Source of the DNA: Candidatus Beckwithbacteria bacterium CG10_big_fil_rev_8_21_14_0_10_34_10
GTDB lineage: Bacteria > Patescibacteriota > Microgenomatia > UBA1400
Assembly (NCBI GenBank): GCA_002773945.1
Contig: PEZT01000001.1
Coordinates: 1,131-65,130 of the forward strand
Reading direction: 5' to 3'
DNA length: 64,000 nucleotides
This document shows positions 1-10,203 of this stretch, piece after piece (position 1 is the first letter of the stretch; each line of letters begins with the position of its first letter). The notes below the pieces were generated by a model. It was given only the letters and a program-made list of their open reading frames with translations. It had not been told where the DNA came from and searched no databases. The position numbers and the translations under genes are program-made.

Positions 1-2256
1 TGGACTGATTGTTCTTTTCTGGTTTGGACCACCACTCCCTGGACAATTCCAGCCAATGTTTGTTTAGTGGTTGATCCAAAAAAAGATTATTTGATTGTTA
101 AAGAAGGTAATTCTAAATTAATTCTGTCTAAAAAAAGAGCGGTCGTTATTATTTCCGATATTAAGAAGAAGAAAACTAAGACAGTTAAAGGGAAAGACCT
201 TTTGGGTTTAAAATACAGATCTTTGTTTGACCATTTAGAAAGAGTAAAAAATTCCTTAGGTAAATTTAAGCATCAGGTTTTTAGTTCAGACCCCATAATT
301 TTACCAGTTGACGAATCCGAAGGTACCGGGATTGTTCATGTGGCTACTGGAGCCGGAAGTGAAGATTATAAGTTAGGGAAAAAGAAAGGTTTACCCGTAA
401 TTGATATTATTGATGAGGAAGCTAACTATCTTGATGGTTTAGATGAATTTAGTTTTAAAAACGCTAAAGACAAGCCAGAACTAATTCTAGATTTTGTTGA
501 GAAAAAAGACAAAGGAAAATACTTTTATAAAACTGAAGTTATAAGTCATCGTTATCCAGCTTGCTGGCGTTGTAAAAAAGAACTGGTTTGGCGGGCAGTT
601 GACGAGTGGTATATAAAGATGGATAAAAAGGATTCCGGGGATAAAACAAAAAGGACTTTAAGAAAAGAGATGATAAACGTGGCTAAAAATATTAAATGGA
701 TTCCTGATTTTGGTTTAAAAAGAGAGTTGGACTGGCTTAAAAATATGGATGATTGGTTGATTTCTAAAAAAAGATATTGGGGATTGGCTTTGCCTATTTG
801 GGAATGTGAGTGTGGTCATTTTGAGGTTATTGGTTCAAAAGATGAATTGAAAAAGAAGGCTGTTCAAGGTTGGTCAGAGTTTTCCGGTCATACCCCTCAC
901 CGGCCTTGGATTGATAAAATTAAGATTAAATGTCCTCAATGTTCAAAGTTAGTATCAAGAATTCCAGATGTTGGTAATCCTTGGTTAGATGCTGGGATTG
1001 TCGGTTTTTCCACTTTAATTGACCCAGAACTTAAGAAAGTAAGCTACACGGCTGATAAAAAATATTTCAATCGGTGGTTTCCGGCTGATTTTATTACTGA
1101 ATCCTTTCCTGGCCAGTTTAAAAATTGGTTTTATTCTATGATTGCTATGAGTACAGTTTTAGAAAAAAAACCATCATATAAAACTGTTTTAGGGTTTGCT
1201 ACTTTATTGGCAGAAGACGGTCGGCCTATGCACAAATCATGGGGTAATGCGATTGAGTTTAACAAAGGGGCTGATAAAATCGGCGTTGATGTTATGCGTT
1301 GGATGTATATTTCTCATGATCCCCAAAAAAATCTTCTTTTTGGATATAAAGTAGCTGATGAAACTCGAAGAAGATTCCACTTAACTTTGTGGAACACTTA
1401 TAACTTTTTTGTCACTTTTGCTAATCTTAATAATTGGTTTCCAAAAGATACAGTAAAATCTAAACTAACTGTTCTTGATGAGTGGTTATTATTAAAGCTT
1501 AATATATTAATTAAAAAAGTTAGTCAATCTTTAGATAGTTATGATCCTTATCTCGCCGCTAAGGAAATTGAGGAATTTGTTAGAGATTTTTCTACTTGGT
1601 ATATCCGACGGTCAAGAGAAAGAGTTTCTTTAAAAACGGAAAATGAAGTTGATAAAAAGACCTGCCTGACGGTTTTACGAAAGGTTTTATTAACTTTGTG
1701 TCGTTTATTAGCCCCATTTACTCCCTTTATGGTTGAGGAAATCTTTAAAAACATTTCTAATAAAGAATCTGTTCATCTAGAATCCTGGCCCCAAACAAAA
1801 CTTAAAATTCTTACCCAGGCTGAGAAAAACCTAATTAAAGGAATGAGTTTAGTTAGAGAAATTTGTGAATTAGGACATAGTCAGAGGAAAAAAGCTGGAA
1901 TTAAGGTAAGACACCCTCTTCAATCAATTGAAGTTAAAATAGATGATGTAAAATTGTTAAATAAGTCATTAGAGGAGTTAATAAAAGATGAACTTAATAT
2001 TAAAGAGGTTAAAACTTTAAAGTCTAAGGAATTAAGAGTAATCCTGAATACAAAGATTAACCCTGAGTTGCAAAAAGAAGGCCAGGCAAGAGATTTAATT
2101 AGACAAATACAAAATGCCAGAAAAAATGCAAAATGCGGCCTAGATCAATTAATAACTGTTTATTTACCTTCTTGGCCGGAAGAGTTTGAAAAAGAAATAA
2201 TGAGAAAAACTTTAGTTAAAAGTTTTAAAAAAGGAAAAGAGCTAAAAATTGTTTAA
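1..2256 (+). CDS. ileS: Isoleucine--tRNA ligase (type 2-like), 5'-truncated by window
   Basis: Frame is open from base 1 (WTTTPWT). Motifs GTGIVH, DWLISKKRYWG, WLDAG, PADFITE, STWYIRRSR; the KMSKS-equivalent reads PMHKS. Confidence 0.95.
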   Translation, partial: WTDCSFLVWTTTPWTIPANVCLVVDPKKDYLIVKEGNSKLILSKKRAVVIISDIKKKKTKTVKGKDLLGLKYRSLFDHLERVKNSLGKFKHQVFSSDPIILPVDESEGTGIVHVATGAGSEDYKLGKKKGLPVIDIIDEEANYLDGLDEFSFKNAKDKPELILDFVEKKDKGKYFYKTEVISHRYPACWRCKKELVWRAVDEWYIKMDKKDSGDKTKRTLRKEMINVAKNIKWIPDFGLKRELDWLKNMDDWLISKKRYWGLALPIWECECGHFEVIGSKDELKKKAVQGWSEFSGHTPHRPWIDKIKIKCPQCSKLVSRIPDVGNPWLDAGIVGFSTLIDPELKKVSYTADKKYFNRWFPADFITESFPGQFKNWFYSMIAMSTVLEKKPSYKTVLGFATLLAEDGRPMHKSWGNAIEFNKGADKIGVDVMRWMYISHDPQKNLLFGYKVADETRRRFHLTLWNTYNFFVTFANLNNWFPKDTVKSKLTVLDEWLLLKLNILIKKVSQSLDSYDPYLAAKEIEEFVRDFSTWYIRRSRERVSLKTENEVDKKTCLTVLRKVLLTLCRLLAPFTPFMVEEIFKNISNKESVHLESWPQTKLKILTQAEKNLIKGMSLVREICELGHSQRKKAGIKVRHPLQSIEVKIDDVKLLNKSLEELIKDELNIKEVKTLKSKELRVILNTKINPELQKEGQARDLIRQIQNARKNAKCGLDQLITVYLPSWPEEFEKEIMRKTLVKSFKKGKELKIV

Positions 2257-2299
2257 TCTTAAAACCTAGAACTTCGGGCAATTTATAATAGGTTAATTT

Positions 2300-3409
2300 A
2301 TGATTGATTTATTAACTAAAGAGAGCTTTGGTCAGAGATTTTTTAAAAAAATTGATTTAGGTTTAATTTTTTTGTGTATTTTATTAACTTCTTTTTCTCT
2401 TTTAATTTTATATAGTTTAGAAATTTCTCTTTTTAAAAGTCAACTTCAGTATTTTTTATTTGGTTTTTTAATATTTTTTATTGTTAGTCGGATTGACTAC
2501 CAAGTTTTAAAGGGTTTTTATCTTCCAATATATGTTGTTAGTATTTTACTGCTTCTTCTTAATCCTATTTTTGGTCAAGTGACAAGAGAGACAACTAGAT
2601 GGATTAGAATTGGATCTTTAAATTTTCAAAGCTCAGAATTTGTTAAGCCTTTGTTGCTATTATTTTTTGCCGCCATTGTCGAGAAATTGGACTTTAATAA
2701 ATTTAAAAGCATTCTTATTTTTATTTTTTGTCTTTTTGTTCCAGTTTTTCTTGTTTTTAAGCAGCCCGATCTGGGGAGTGCTTTAGTTATTTTAATAAGT
2801 TCTTTTTCTATTCTTTTTTATAAAGGTTTACCAAAAAAATATTTTTTTATTGGTTTTTTAACATTTATAATAGTGACTCCTTTAAGTTGGGGATTGTTAA
2901 AACCCTACCAAAGAGAGCGAGTGACTAGTTTTGTTAATCCTTCCTATGATCCTTTGGGAACGGGCTACAATTTAATTCAATCAAGAATTGCGTTGGGATC
3001 TGGTCAATTTTTAGGTCAGGGTTTAGGTCAAGGAAGTCAAAGTCAATTACGTTTTCTACCCGAACGTCACTCTGACTTTATCTTTGCCAGTCTGGGAGAA
3101 GAATTAGGATTTTTAGGGACGGGAATTGTTATTTTGGTCTTTTTCTTTTTAATTCTAAGAATTGTTTCCTATCTTTCTTTAAATATGGATTTATTTTCTT
3201 CTTCTATTTGTTTTGGAACAGCCGTAATTCTAGGTTTTCAAATTGTGGTTAATTTAGGTATGAATCTAGGACTTTTACCTATAACTGGTCTTACTTTACC
3301 TCTATTGTCTTATGGTGGTAGCTCTCTTGTCTCTACTTTTATTCTTCTGGGTCTGGTTCAGTCAGGGGTGAGGCAGAGCCAGGGAAAAAAGGCAATTGAA
3401 ATAAAATAA
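2300..3409 (+). CDS. rodA: Rod shape-determining SEDS protein RodA/FtsW
   Basis: Multi-TM; RWI, FQSSEFVK, QPDLGSA, GYNLIQS, LPERHSDFIF, LPLLSYGGSS. Confidence 0.9.
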   Translation: MIDLLTKESFGQRFFKKIDLGLIFLCILLTSFSLLILYSLEISLFKSQLQYFLFGFLIFFIVSRIDYQVLKGFYLPIYVVSILLLLLNPIFGQVTRETTRWIRIGSLNFQSSEFVKPLLLLFFAAIVEKLDFNKFKSILIFIFCLFVPVFLVFKQPDLGSALVILISSFSILFYKGLPKKYFFIGFLTFIIVTPLSWGLLKPYQRERVTSFVNPSYDPLGTGYNLIQSRIALGSGQFLGQGLGQGSQSQLRFLPERHSDFIFASLGEELGFLGTGIVILVFFFLILRIVSYLSLNMDLFSSSICFGTAVILGFQIVVNLGMNLGLLPITGLTLPLLSYGGSSLVSTFILLGLVQSGVRQSQGKKAIEIK

Positions 3410-3431
3410 GCTCTCTGTTAAAATACTTTCT

Positions 3432-3761
3432 ATGTTCAATAAAGATAAATATGTAGTTATTAAGACTTCAGGAAGGCAATTTATTGTTTCTGAAGGCCAG
3501 GAACTAGTGACAGAAAAACTTGAAGGAAAAAAAGACCAGGAAATTATCTTCAAAGACGTATTATTGGCTAAAAAAGATGGTTCTAAGTTTGAGTTGGGTC
3601 AACCGTTAGTTAAAAAGATTGTGGTTAAGGCTAAAATTCTTGATCAGTTTAAAGATAAGAAGGTTAGAGTGGCTAAATTTAGGGCTAAATCTAGATACCG
3701 CTTGGTTAAAGGTCATCGTCAACTAAAGACCAAAATAAAAATTACGAAAATTACTTTTTAA
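3432..3761 (+). CDS. rplU: 50S ribosomal protein L21
   Basis: YVVIKTSGRQF start and KGHRQ end; upstream of rpmA. Confidence 0.95.
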   Translation: MFNKDKYVVIKTSGRQFIVSEGQELVTEKLEGKKDQEIIFKDVLLAKKDGSKFELGQPLVKKIVVKAKILDQFKDKKVRVAKFRAKSRYRLVKGHRQLKTKIKITKITF

Positions 3762-3865
3762 TAGTCTTTCTTTTTATTTATTTAGCCCTCATTTAATATT
3801 TAATTTAACCGATGTGAAAAGATATAGTTGACATATGTGAAAGGATATGTTTTCATAACACTATT

Positions 3866-4111
3866 ATGGCACATAAGAAAACTGGCGGTAGTACCACCCA
3901 ACACAAATCTAGAAAAGGTAAACGTCTAGGAATAAAAATTCCCGGTGGTGCTCCTATTAAGGTGGGCCAAATAATTGTTCGCCAAAGAGGTACTAAGTTT
4001 CATCCTGGAGAAGGGGTTGGTTTAGGGAGGGATCATACCCTTTTTGCTCTTAAAGACGGGAAAGTTAAATTTTCTCAGTCTTTAGGGAAAATGATAATTT
4101 CTATAAACTAA
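3866..4111 (+). CDS. rpmA: 50S ribosomal protein L27
   Basis: [32 protein letters not shown]. Confidence 0.97.
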   Translation: MAHKKTGGSTTQHKSRKGKRLGIKIPGGAPIKVGQIIVRQRGTKFHPGEGVGLGRDHTLFALKDGKVKFSQSLGKMIISIN

Positions 4112-4112
4112 T

Positions 4113-4997
4113 ATGAATAATTCTAATAAAGCAGATCAAGAAAAAACTATTACTAATATTCCTGTTGGTCAACTACAGGCTAATCCCTTACAGCCCAGGG
4201 GAGTAATCACCCCAGACTCAATTATGGATTTAGTTGAATCTATTAAGGAGCATGGTATTCTCGAGCCTTTGGTAGTGGCTCATACTCCGGCTGGATATCA
4301 GATAATTGTGGGAGAGAGGCGTTGGCGGGCTTCAAAACTATCCGGGAAAGAAACTGTTCCTTGTATTATAATTGAAACTAGTCCTCAGGGAATGTTAGAA
4401 CTGGCTTTAGTTGAGAATGTCCAAAGAGAGGATTTAAATCCAATTGATCGGGCTAAAGCATTTGAAAGGCTGGTAGATGAGTTTGCCTTAACTAGAGTGG
4501 AAATTGGCAATCGGATTGGCAAGAGTGATTCCTACATTTCTAATACTTTAAGACTTCTTAGCTTACCCGATGCTATTAAAGACGGGCTTTTGTCTGGCTT
4601 AATTACTGAGGGACATGCTCGAGCTCTTCAAGGAATTAAAGATGTTCGTTTAATGATAGAAGGGTATAAAATGGTTTTGAAGGAATCAGGTTCGGTCAGG
4701 CGAGCTGAGGAAATTGCTAGAAGGATGAAAATTGCCTCCGGTCAACCAGAGGTTAATCTGCCTAAATCACACCGAACCCAGATGAAAAAATATATTATTG
4801 ATGAGAAAATTGATAAATATGAAAATGATATGAAAACAGCCCTAGGAGAAGAATCCAAAGTTAGATTAAGAAGAAGTCGGGCTCAAACAAAATTATTAGT
4901 TACTCTTTTTGGCGATCCTGGTGAAACTCAAGAAAAGTTAATTAAGATTTACGAAGGAATTGTTGGAATAAAGCCTAATTTTGAGAAGGGCCAATAA
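4113..4997 (+). CDS. parB: ParB/Spo0J family partition protein
   Basis: NPLQPR, GILEPLVV, GERRWRA (CTP-binding box), ENVQREDLNPI, HTH, GHARAL. Confidence 0.9.
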   Translation: MNNSNKADQEKTITNIPVGQLQANPLQPRGVITPDSIMDLVESIKEHGILEPLVVAHTPAGYQIIVGERRWRASKLSGKETVPCIIIETSPQGMLELALVENVQREDLNPIDRAKAFERLVDEFALTRVEIGNRIGKSDSYISNTLRLLSLPDAIKDGLLSGLITEGHARALQGIKDVRLMIEGYKMVLKESGSVRRAEEIARRMKIASGQPEVNLPKSHRTQMKKYIIDEKIDKYENDMKTALGEESKVRLRRSRAQTKLLVTLFGDPGETQEKLIKIYEGIVGIKPNFEKGQ

Positions 4998-5512
4998 CGG
5001 AGCCAGGCTTTACCAATAATATTTTTAGTTGGAATAAATCCCCACTCTCGAGAATCACTTGAGTGAGATCGATTATCTCCTAAAACAAAATATTGATTCT
5101 GAGGGACCGTAATTTCTTCATTTTCACCAATAAAATTACCACTACTGGTATAAACATCTTCAGGTAAATAACTAGATTCACTATACAAAGAGTTATTAAT
5201 ATATATTTGGCTTTCAACAATTTTAATTTTTTCTCCAGGTAAACCTATAATTCTTTTAATGTAATCATAGTTTTGATTCTGAGGAGCTTTAAAGGTAATG
5301 ACATCTCCCCTAAGAGGCTTTTTAAACCGATAAGTAATTTTGTTGGTTAATAAATTTTCGCCGTCATGGAAACTAGGGAGCATGGAGTTTCCTTTTACTT
5401 GATGGGGTTGAAAAAGGAAAATATAAAACAGGACAAAAATTACGGCCGCGGTTACCAGGGTTTCAACAAAATCCAAAAAAAAAGAAACCAGTGTCTTTAA
5501 AATATTCATCAA
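4949..5512 (-). CDS. lepB: Signal peptidase I
   Basis: GNSMLP (Ser), YIKRIIGLPGE (Lys), GDNRSHSSDSR. Confidence 0.95.
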   Translation of the reverse strand: MMNILKTLVSFFLDFVETLVTAAVIFVLFYIFLFQPHQVKGNSMLPSFHDGENLLTNKITYRFKKPLRGDVITFKAPQNQNYDYIKRIIGLPGEKIKIVESQIYINNSLYSESSYLPEDVYTSSGNFIGENEEITVPQNQYFVLGDNRSHSSDSREWGFIPTKNIIGKAWLRYWPFSKLGFIPTIPS

Positions 5513-5573
5513 AATTATTATATAGCTAAAATAAATTGTGATGCAAGGGGGGTTTTGGTAAAATACATTTTAA

Positions 5574-5647
5574 GGTCGTATAGCTCAGTTGGCTAGAGCG
5601 CTTCATTCACATTGAAGAGGTCCCTGGTTCAAGTCCAGGTACGACCA
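5574..5647 (+). tRNA. tRNA-Val(CAC)
   Basis: Cloverleaf; acceptor GGTCGTA/TACGACC; anticodon arm CTTCA-TTCACAT-TGAAG; T loop TTCAAGT. Confidence 0.95.
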
Positions 5648-5656
5648 CTAAAAAGA

Positions 5657-8236
5657 TTAGTAAAGCAGCCTTAGACTCTCCAAGAGAAGCAATCTCTCGG
5701 AAACAAGATTAATATAAGCTTTACTGTATGATTGATTGTTTTTAAACTGACTCTCTTTTGCTTTTTTCTGTTCTAGAAGAAGCCAAGTAGAACCAAGTTT
5801 TTTATTCTCTCCTTTATTAGATTTAGCTTCAACCATAATTTTTATTTGGTTATAGAGTTTATTAATAGCGGTTTCATAATAGTTAACTTGAAATTCATTG
5901 ATCGATTTCCCCGCATTTTGAAAAGTAGTAAGCCAGCCAGCCTCTAGTAGTTTAGCAATTTCTTCAAGTTCATTTCTAAAATAAGCTGATGTTTCTTTGG
6001 AAATATCCCGGCTTTTAAAATATTGATTAAAGCTCTGGCGCAATCCATAAATAGAAACAAAAGAAGAGAAGGTGTAACGGGAAGAATAATAGTTATTATT
6101 AAGACTAATATAAGTTAACCCTCGATCAATTCCTCTATTAATATTTCTAATCTGAATTTGAAGTCTGTTTTTTAAAGAAATAGGTTCAATATTGGTGTTT
6201 AAATAATCACTTAAACTTTCCAGTCTTTCTTTAGCCAAAGTAAGATAAAGTTGACCCGTATTATCCTTCAAAATATTTTCTTGGGGAGAACTAGGATTAA
6301 AATATAAATCCATATTGACTGTTTGACCAGGATTTATTTTTCCCCCAATTGTTTGCCACTGATTACCATTATTAGTAAACTGAGCTACTTCTAAGTTGTA
6401 TTCCCCATTACCTGTACCTAAGATTTCAACCTGGTAATTACCCCCTAAAGCTTCAGGAATAATAATTAGTTTATCTTGGGAACTGTAAAAAGCCCTACTA
6501 ATAGGTGAAGCAACATTATAACCAACTTCTCCATCTGGACAATTAATCTTAATTTCCACGGGCGAGTGAATCAGTAAAACTAGTGAAGGGTTTCTGGGTG
6601 GAGAAAATTCATCTTGAATAATACTAACTCCTTCTATTCCTAAAGAACTTAAGATTTGACTAATTCCCTTCTCATTTTCAATAATCTGACTGTGGTCTCC
6701 AGATACTCCATGAGAAGAAAGGGAGCCTGACACAGTGGCACTTTTGGTTAATACTGTTAAATCTCCATCAAAAGTATATTCCTTATTAACAGGTACTCCG
6801 TCCGTCCAATGACCGAGGAGTTTATCCATAAAAGATTGCTCCTTAATAATATAATATTCAGGAGTATCTTCTGGATTATTTTCTTTACCATATATAGTCA
6901 CCAATTTTTCCTTTAACAATAGGGGGTCTAAGAGGCCTTTTAAGTAAGAATTCTGTTCAATCATTGAGTCAACATCAACAAGGGTCCCCTTTAACCTTTT
7001 AAGACAGGAGAAGATAGGCAATAAGTCCTTTAAAGAAGGAAAAAAATCATGAACTATTTCTCTAGGAGTTTCTGATGTTCTTCTGGTAGTATTTATTAAT
7101 ATGGTTGGAGGTAGAACAAGCCAGCTTTTATCATCTTCAAGTTGGCCTCCCTCCCAAGCATAATATGAGGCCAAAGCCCCCAGGTGTGGAGAACCGACAG
7201 TCACTATTTTTTCAACTTTATCTATCCCATATTTATTAGCATAAGCTCTAGCTACCAATCCTCCCATACTGTGACCAACTAAATTAACAGACTGGCCAGA
7301 AAAAACAACATTCTCAATATATTCATTAAGATCATCAGCTAAGTCACTAAGAGGCTTTCTCCAATCATAATAGAATTCAAAGTAGTTATCTCCTTCAACA
7401 TAACCCGCAGAATCAATCAGGGTAGCTTTAAAATTATTATAAACCTTTAGAAATGGAGTTTTAGTCCAAGGACCAACAGTTTGACCAGTAAGTAAAGCTT
7501 GTAAGTTCCAAGAGCTACCAAGACCAGGAATAAGAATAATTGGTGTTTGATTAGTTTCAACTGTTACTCCAAAAAACTGGATTGAAGGATCTAGATTATT
7601 AATTGTGGAAATTGAATTATCTATTAGTTCTATTTTTGTAAGAGTCTTGCAGTTTAGACTTAAGGGTATAGGAATTTTCAGTAAATCAATTATTACAGGT
7701 CCATTACCTTGAAGAGTTGTTCCATTCCAAGCCTCAGTAATATTAGGATCATTTGTAGCATGTACATAATTTTTATCATTTAATATCCAGTCTCTTAAGT
7801 TAAATCCAATAATTATTTCAGTTGGGAGGAATGAGCCATCGGAAAAATGCAATTTTATTTGACCAACATTACTGTTTAAGAGATTTTTTGAAACATTTCC
7901 ACCATTAATTAATAAATATACTGATTTTGGATATTTAATAATTGTATTAAGTGTAATTTCGTTTGGAAAATTTGGAATTGGTTGAGCGCTTGTGCATATA
8001 TATTTCGGGTTTGGTTCTTGAATAATTTCAAATGGAATACCTGCAAAAGAATTAATCCCTAGTGGTAAATTTTTATATCTAGGTATTATTTCTCCATTGG
8101 CAAATTGACTAATAGGAATAAATGTATAATTGTCCTGAGTATTAGCCGAAGCTTTTCCTGGGATAGTAAACACTAGAACGAGAAAAATAAAAAGAAAACT
8201 TGTTGAAAATACGATTTTTTTGACTAGCTTTATCAT
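5657..8236 (-). CDS. Secreted multidomain alpha/beta-hydrolase (lipase/LCAT/PGAP1-like)
   Basis: Signal peptide; PIILIPGLG, YDWR, VGHSMGG nucleophile elbow, GSPHLG, DGDLTV, H. Confidence 0.8.
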   Translation of the reverse strand: MIKLVKKIVFSTSFLFIFLVLVFTIPGKASANTQDNYTFIPISQFANGEIIPRYKNLPLGINSFAGIPFEIIQEPNPKYICTSAQPIPNFPNEITLNTIIKYPKSVYLLINGGNVSKNLLNSNVGQIKLHFSDGSFLPTEIIIGFNLRDWILNDKNYVHATNDPNITEAWNGTTLQGNGPVIIDLLKIPIPLSLNCKTLTKIELIDNSISTINNLDPSIQFFGVTVETNQTPIILIPGLGSSWNLQALLTGQTVGPWTKTPFLKVYNNFKATLIDSAGYVEGDNYFEFYYDWRKPLSDLADDLNEYIENVVFSGQSVNLVGHSMGGLVARAYANKYGIDKVEKIVTVGSPHLGALASYYAWEGGQLEDDKSWLVLPPTILINTTRRTSETPREIVHDFFPSLKDLLPIFSCLKRLKGTLVDVDSMIEQNSYLKGLLDPLLLKEKLVTIYGKENNPEDTPEYYIIKEQSFMDKLLGHWTDGVPVNKEYTFDGDLTVLTKSATVSGSLSSHGVSGDHSQIIENEKGISQILSSLGIEGVSIIQDEFSPPRNPSLVLLIHSPVEIKINCPDGEVGYNVASPISRAFYSSQDKLIIIPEALGGNYQVEILGTGNGEYNLEVAQFTNNGNQWQTIGGKINPGQTVNMDLYFNPSSPQENILKDNTGQLYLTLAKERLESLSDYLNTNIEPISLKNRLQIQIRNINRGIDRGLTYISLNNNYYSSRYTFSSFVSIYGLRQSFNQYFKSRDISKETSAYFRNELEEIAKLLEAGWLTTFQNAGKSINEFQVNYYETAINKLYNQIKIMVEAKSNKGENKKLGSTWLLLEQKKAKESQFKNNQSYSKAYINLVSERLLLLESLRLLY

Positions 8237-8335
8237 AGGACAGCTTTAGTTAAAGTGTATTTTTTAATGTATTAATTGTCAACCATCTTTTTTTAGAAAT
8301 TTTAAATTAAATGTGTTTTATTATAAAATTCAGCT

Positions 8336-9103
8336 ATGAGCTCAATTTCAGTTGTTATTCCAGTTTTTAATGTTGGATCTATAATCAAGGATTGTTTACA
8401 GTCTGTAGAGTGGGCAGATGAATTAGTTTGTATTGATATGGGTTCTACAGATAATACCATGGTAGTTTGTAAAGAACAGGGAGTGAACTTACTAAAAAAT
8501 ATACCCAAGAATTATAATTTTGATATTAATAGAAAGCTTGGAATGATAAATGCAAGAGGTGAATGGATATTAAAGATAGATTCTGATGATAGATTAACAA
8601 AAAAACTACAAAAATCAATAAAAGCTGCCATTAAAGGTAAGGGAAGCATAGTAGGTTATAATTTATTTAACAGGGTTTTTTTCTTTAATAGAGAAATAAA
8701 ATATGGTATGAAGAAAAGGAATTCTAGCGAATTAAGGCTTTTTAAGAAAAAAAGCTGGATTTATAACCCATTTAAGTTTCACCAATTAATTCGGGTTAAA
8801 GGCAATACGGATTATTTAGAGGGTAATTATCTTCATTTCAACTCTCAATCTATAAGAGAATTTATTAATAAGATGAACTTATATACTGATTTAGATGCAG
8901 GAAAGGATTCCAGCTTAGGTAAAAAAGCTAGTTTTTTGCACTTAATTATTAGTCCAATTGTTAAATTTATAAAAATTTATATAATAAACCTGGGTTTACT
9001 TGATGGAGCATATGGTTTAATTGTAAGTATGCTATATGCTTTTTACAACTTCACATATAAATTAAAAATATTTGAGAAAAAAAGTTTTAACTTATGGGTA
9101 TGA
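8336..9103 (+). CDS. Glycosyltransferase family 2
   Basis: ISVVIPVFN, IDMGSTDNT, WILKIDSDD. Confidence 0.9.
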   Translation: MSSISVVIPVFNVGSIIKDCLQSVEWADELVCIDMGSTDNTMVVCKEQGVNLLKNIPKNYNFDINRKLGMINARGEWILKIDSDDRLTKKLQKSIKAAIKGKGSIVGYNLFNRVFFFNREIKYGMKKRNSSELRLFKKKSWIYNPFKFHQLIRVKGNTDYLEGNYLHFNSQSIREFINKMNLYTDLDAGKDSSLGKKASFLHLIISPIVKFIKIYIINLGLLDGAYGLIVSMLYAFYNFTYKLKIFEKKSFNLWV

Positions 9104-10203
9104 AAATAGCTATAGTAAGAGGTTCATACTTCAATAAATTTGAGATGCAGAATTATGAGCCTTTATATAATAAATTTAACATTGTTGGTTTTTCAGGACT
9201 TCGTTCCATTCATTCTGAATTTAAGTTCCCTGTTAAAAAGCTAGCTTCTCCAGTTGATTTACCAAATTTTCCCTTAAAAATGCCTATTTTAAACAGGCTT
9301 TTTTTAGGAGATGCAATGTATTTATTTAATTTAGAGAAAAATCTAAAAGGATTTGATTTAGTTCATACTCGAGAAACGTATTTTCATTTTACTCAACAAG
9401 CCTTAAAAGCAAAAAGGCTAGGATATATAAAAAAGGTTGTCTGTACTTGTTCAGAAACAATCCCGTTTAATCATGAAGGAATATGGAATAGAAAGAAGTT
9501 TAAGAAAAGAGCAATAAAAGAAGTAGATAAGTTTCACTGTTTAACTCAAAAGGCAAAGGAGTGTTTATTAAGGGAAGGATGTGATCCTAAAAAAATTACT
9601 GTTTTTCCCTACGGAGTAGATTTAAAAAGCTTTAAACCATTAGGGATGAATCATAAATTTGATATATTTCGTCTTTTATTTGTGGGTAGGTTTGTTAAAG
9701 AAAAAGGCATATATGATTTACTCAAAATCCTATTTTTACTTCTAAAATCAGGTAAAAAGGTTAAGCTAGTAATGGTTGGTAAAGGACCTGAAAAATCTAA
9801 AATCATTTCTTTAATTAATCAAAGTGAATATGGAGACGATATTGAGTTTAAAACGGTTGATTATAAAGATATGGCAAAAGAGTATCAAGAAGCTAATCTT
9901 CTTTGTTTATTATCTAAAAAAAATAAATTTTGGGAGGAATATTTTGGCATGGTTTTGATTGAAGCTATGGCTTCTGGTTTACCAGTTTTAACTACTAAGT
10001 CAGGTGGTATACCTGAAGTTGTTGGTAATGCAGGAATATTAATAAAGCCCGGGGATTATAAGACAGGTTTTAGGGAAGTTGTTAAGCTGATAGATCAAAA
10101 AGACTACTATTTCAAAAAATCCCAGGAATCTTTAGTAAGAGCCCAAAATCTATTTGATTCTAATGAGGTAGCTAGAAATATTGAGAAGCTTTGGAAATCA
10201 TGA
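9100..10203 (+). CDS. Glycosyltransferase family 4
   Basis: LFVGRFVKEKG, EYFGMVLIEAMASGLPV; start placed at the ATGA overlap with the upstream stop. Confidence 0.9.
   Translation: MKIAIVRGSYFNKFEMQNYEPLYNKFNIVGFSGLRSIHSEFKFPVKKLASPVDLPNFPLKMPILNRLFLGDAMYLFNLEKNLKGFDLVHTRETYFHFTQQALKAKRLGYIKKVVCTCSETIPFNHEGIWNRKKFKKRAIKEVDKFHCLTQKAKECLLREGCDPKKITVFPYGVDLKSFKPLGMNHKFDIFRLLFVGRFVKEKGIYDLLKILFLLLKSGKKVKLVMVGKGPEKSKIISLINQSEYGDDIEFKTVDYKDMAKEYQEANLLCLLSKKNKFWEEYFGMVLIEAMASGLPVLTTKSGGIPEVVGNAGILIKPGDYKTGFREVVKLIDQKDYYFKKSQESLVRAQNLFDSNEVARNIEKLWKS

Noticed and set aside
3000-3046. Repeated GGTCA/AGTCA units in rodA
   Set aside because: They encode the normal Gly-Gln-rich GxG loop of SEDS proteins.
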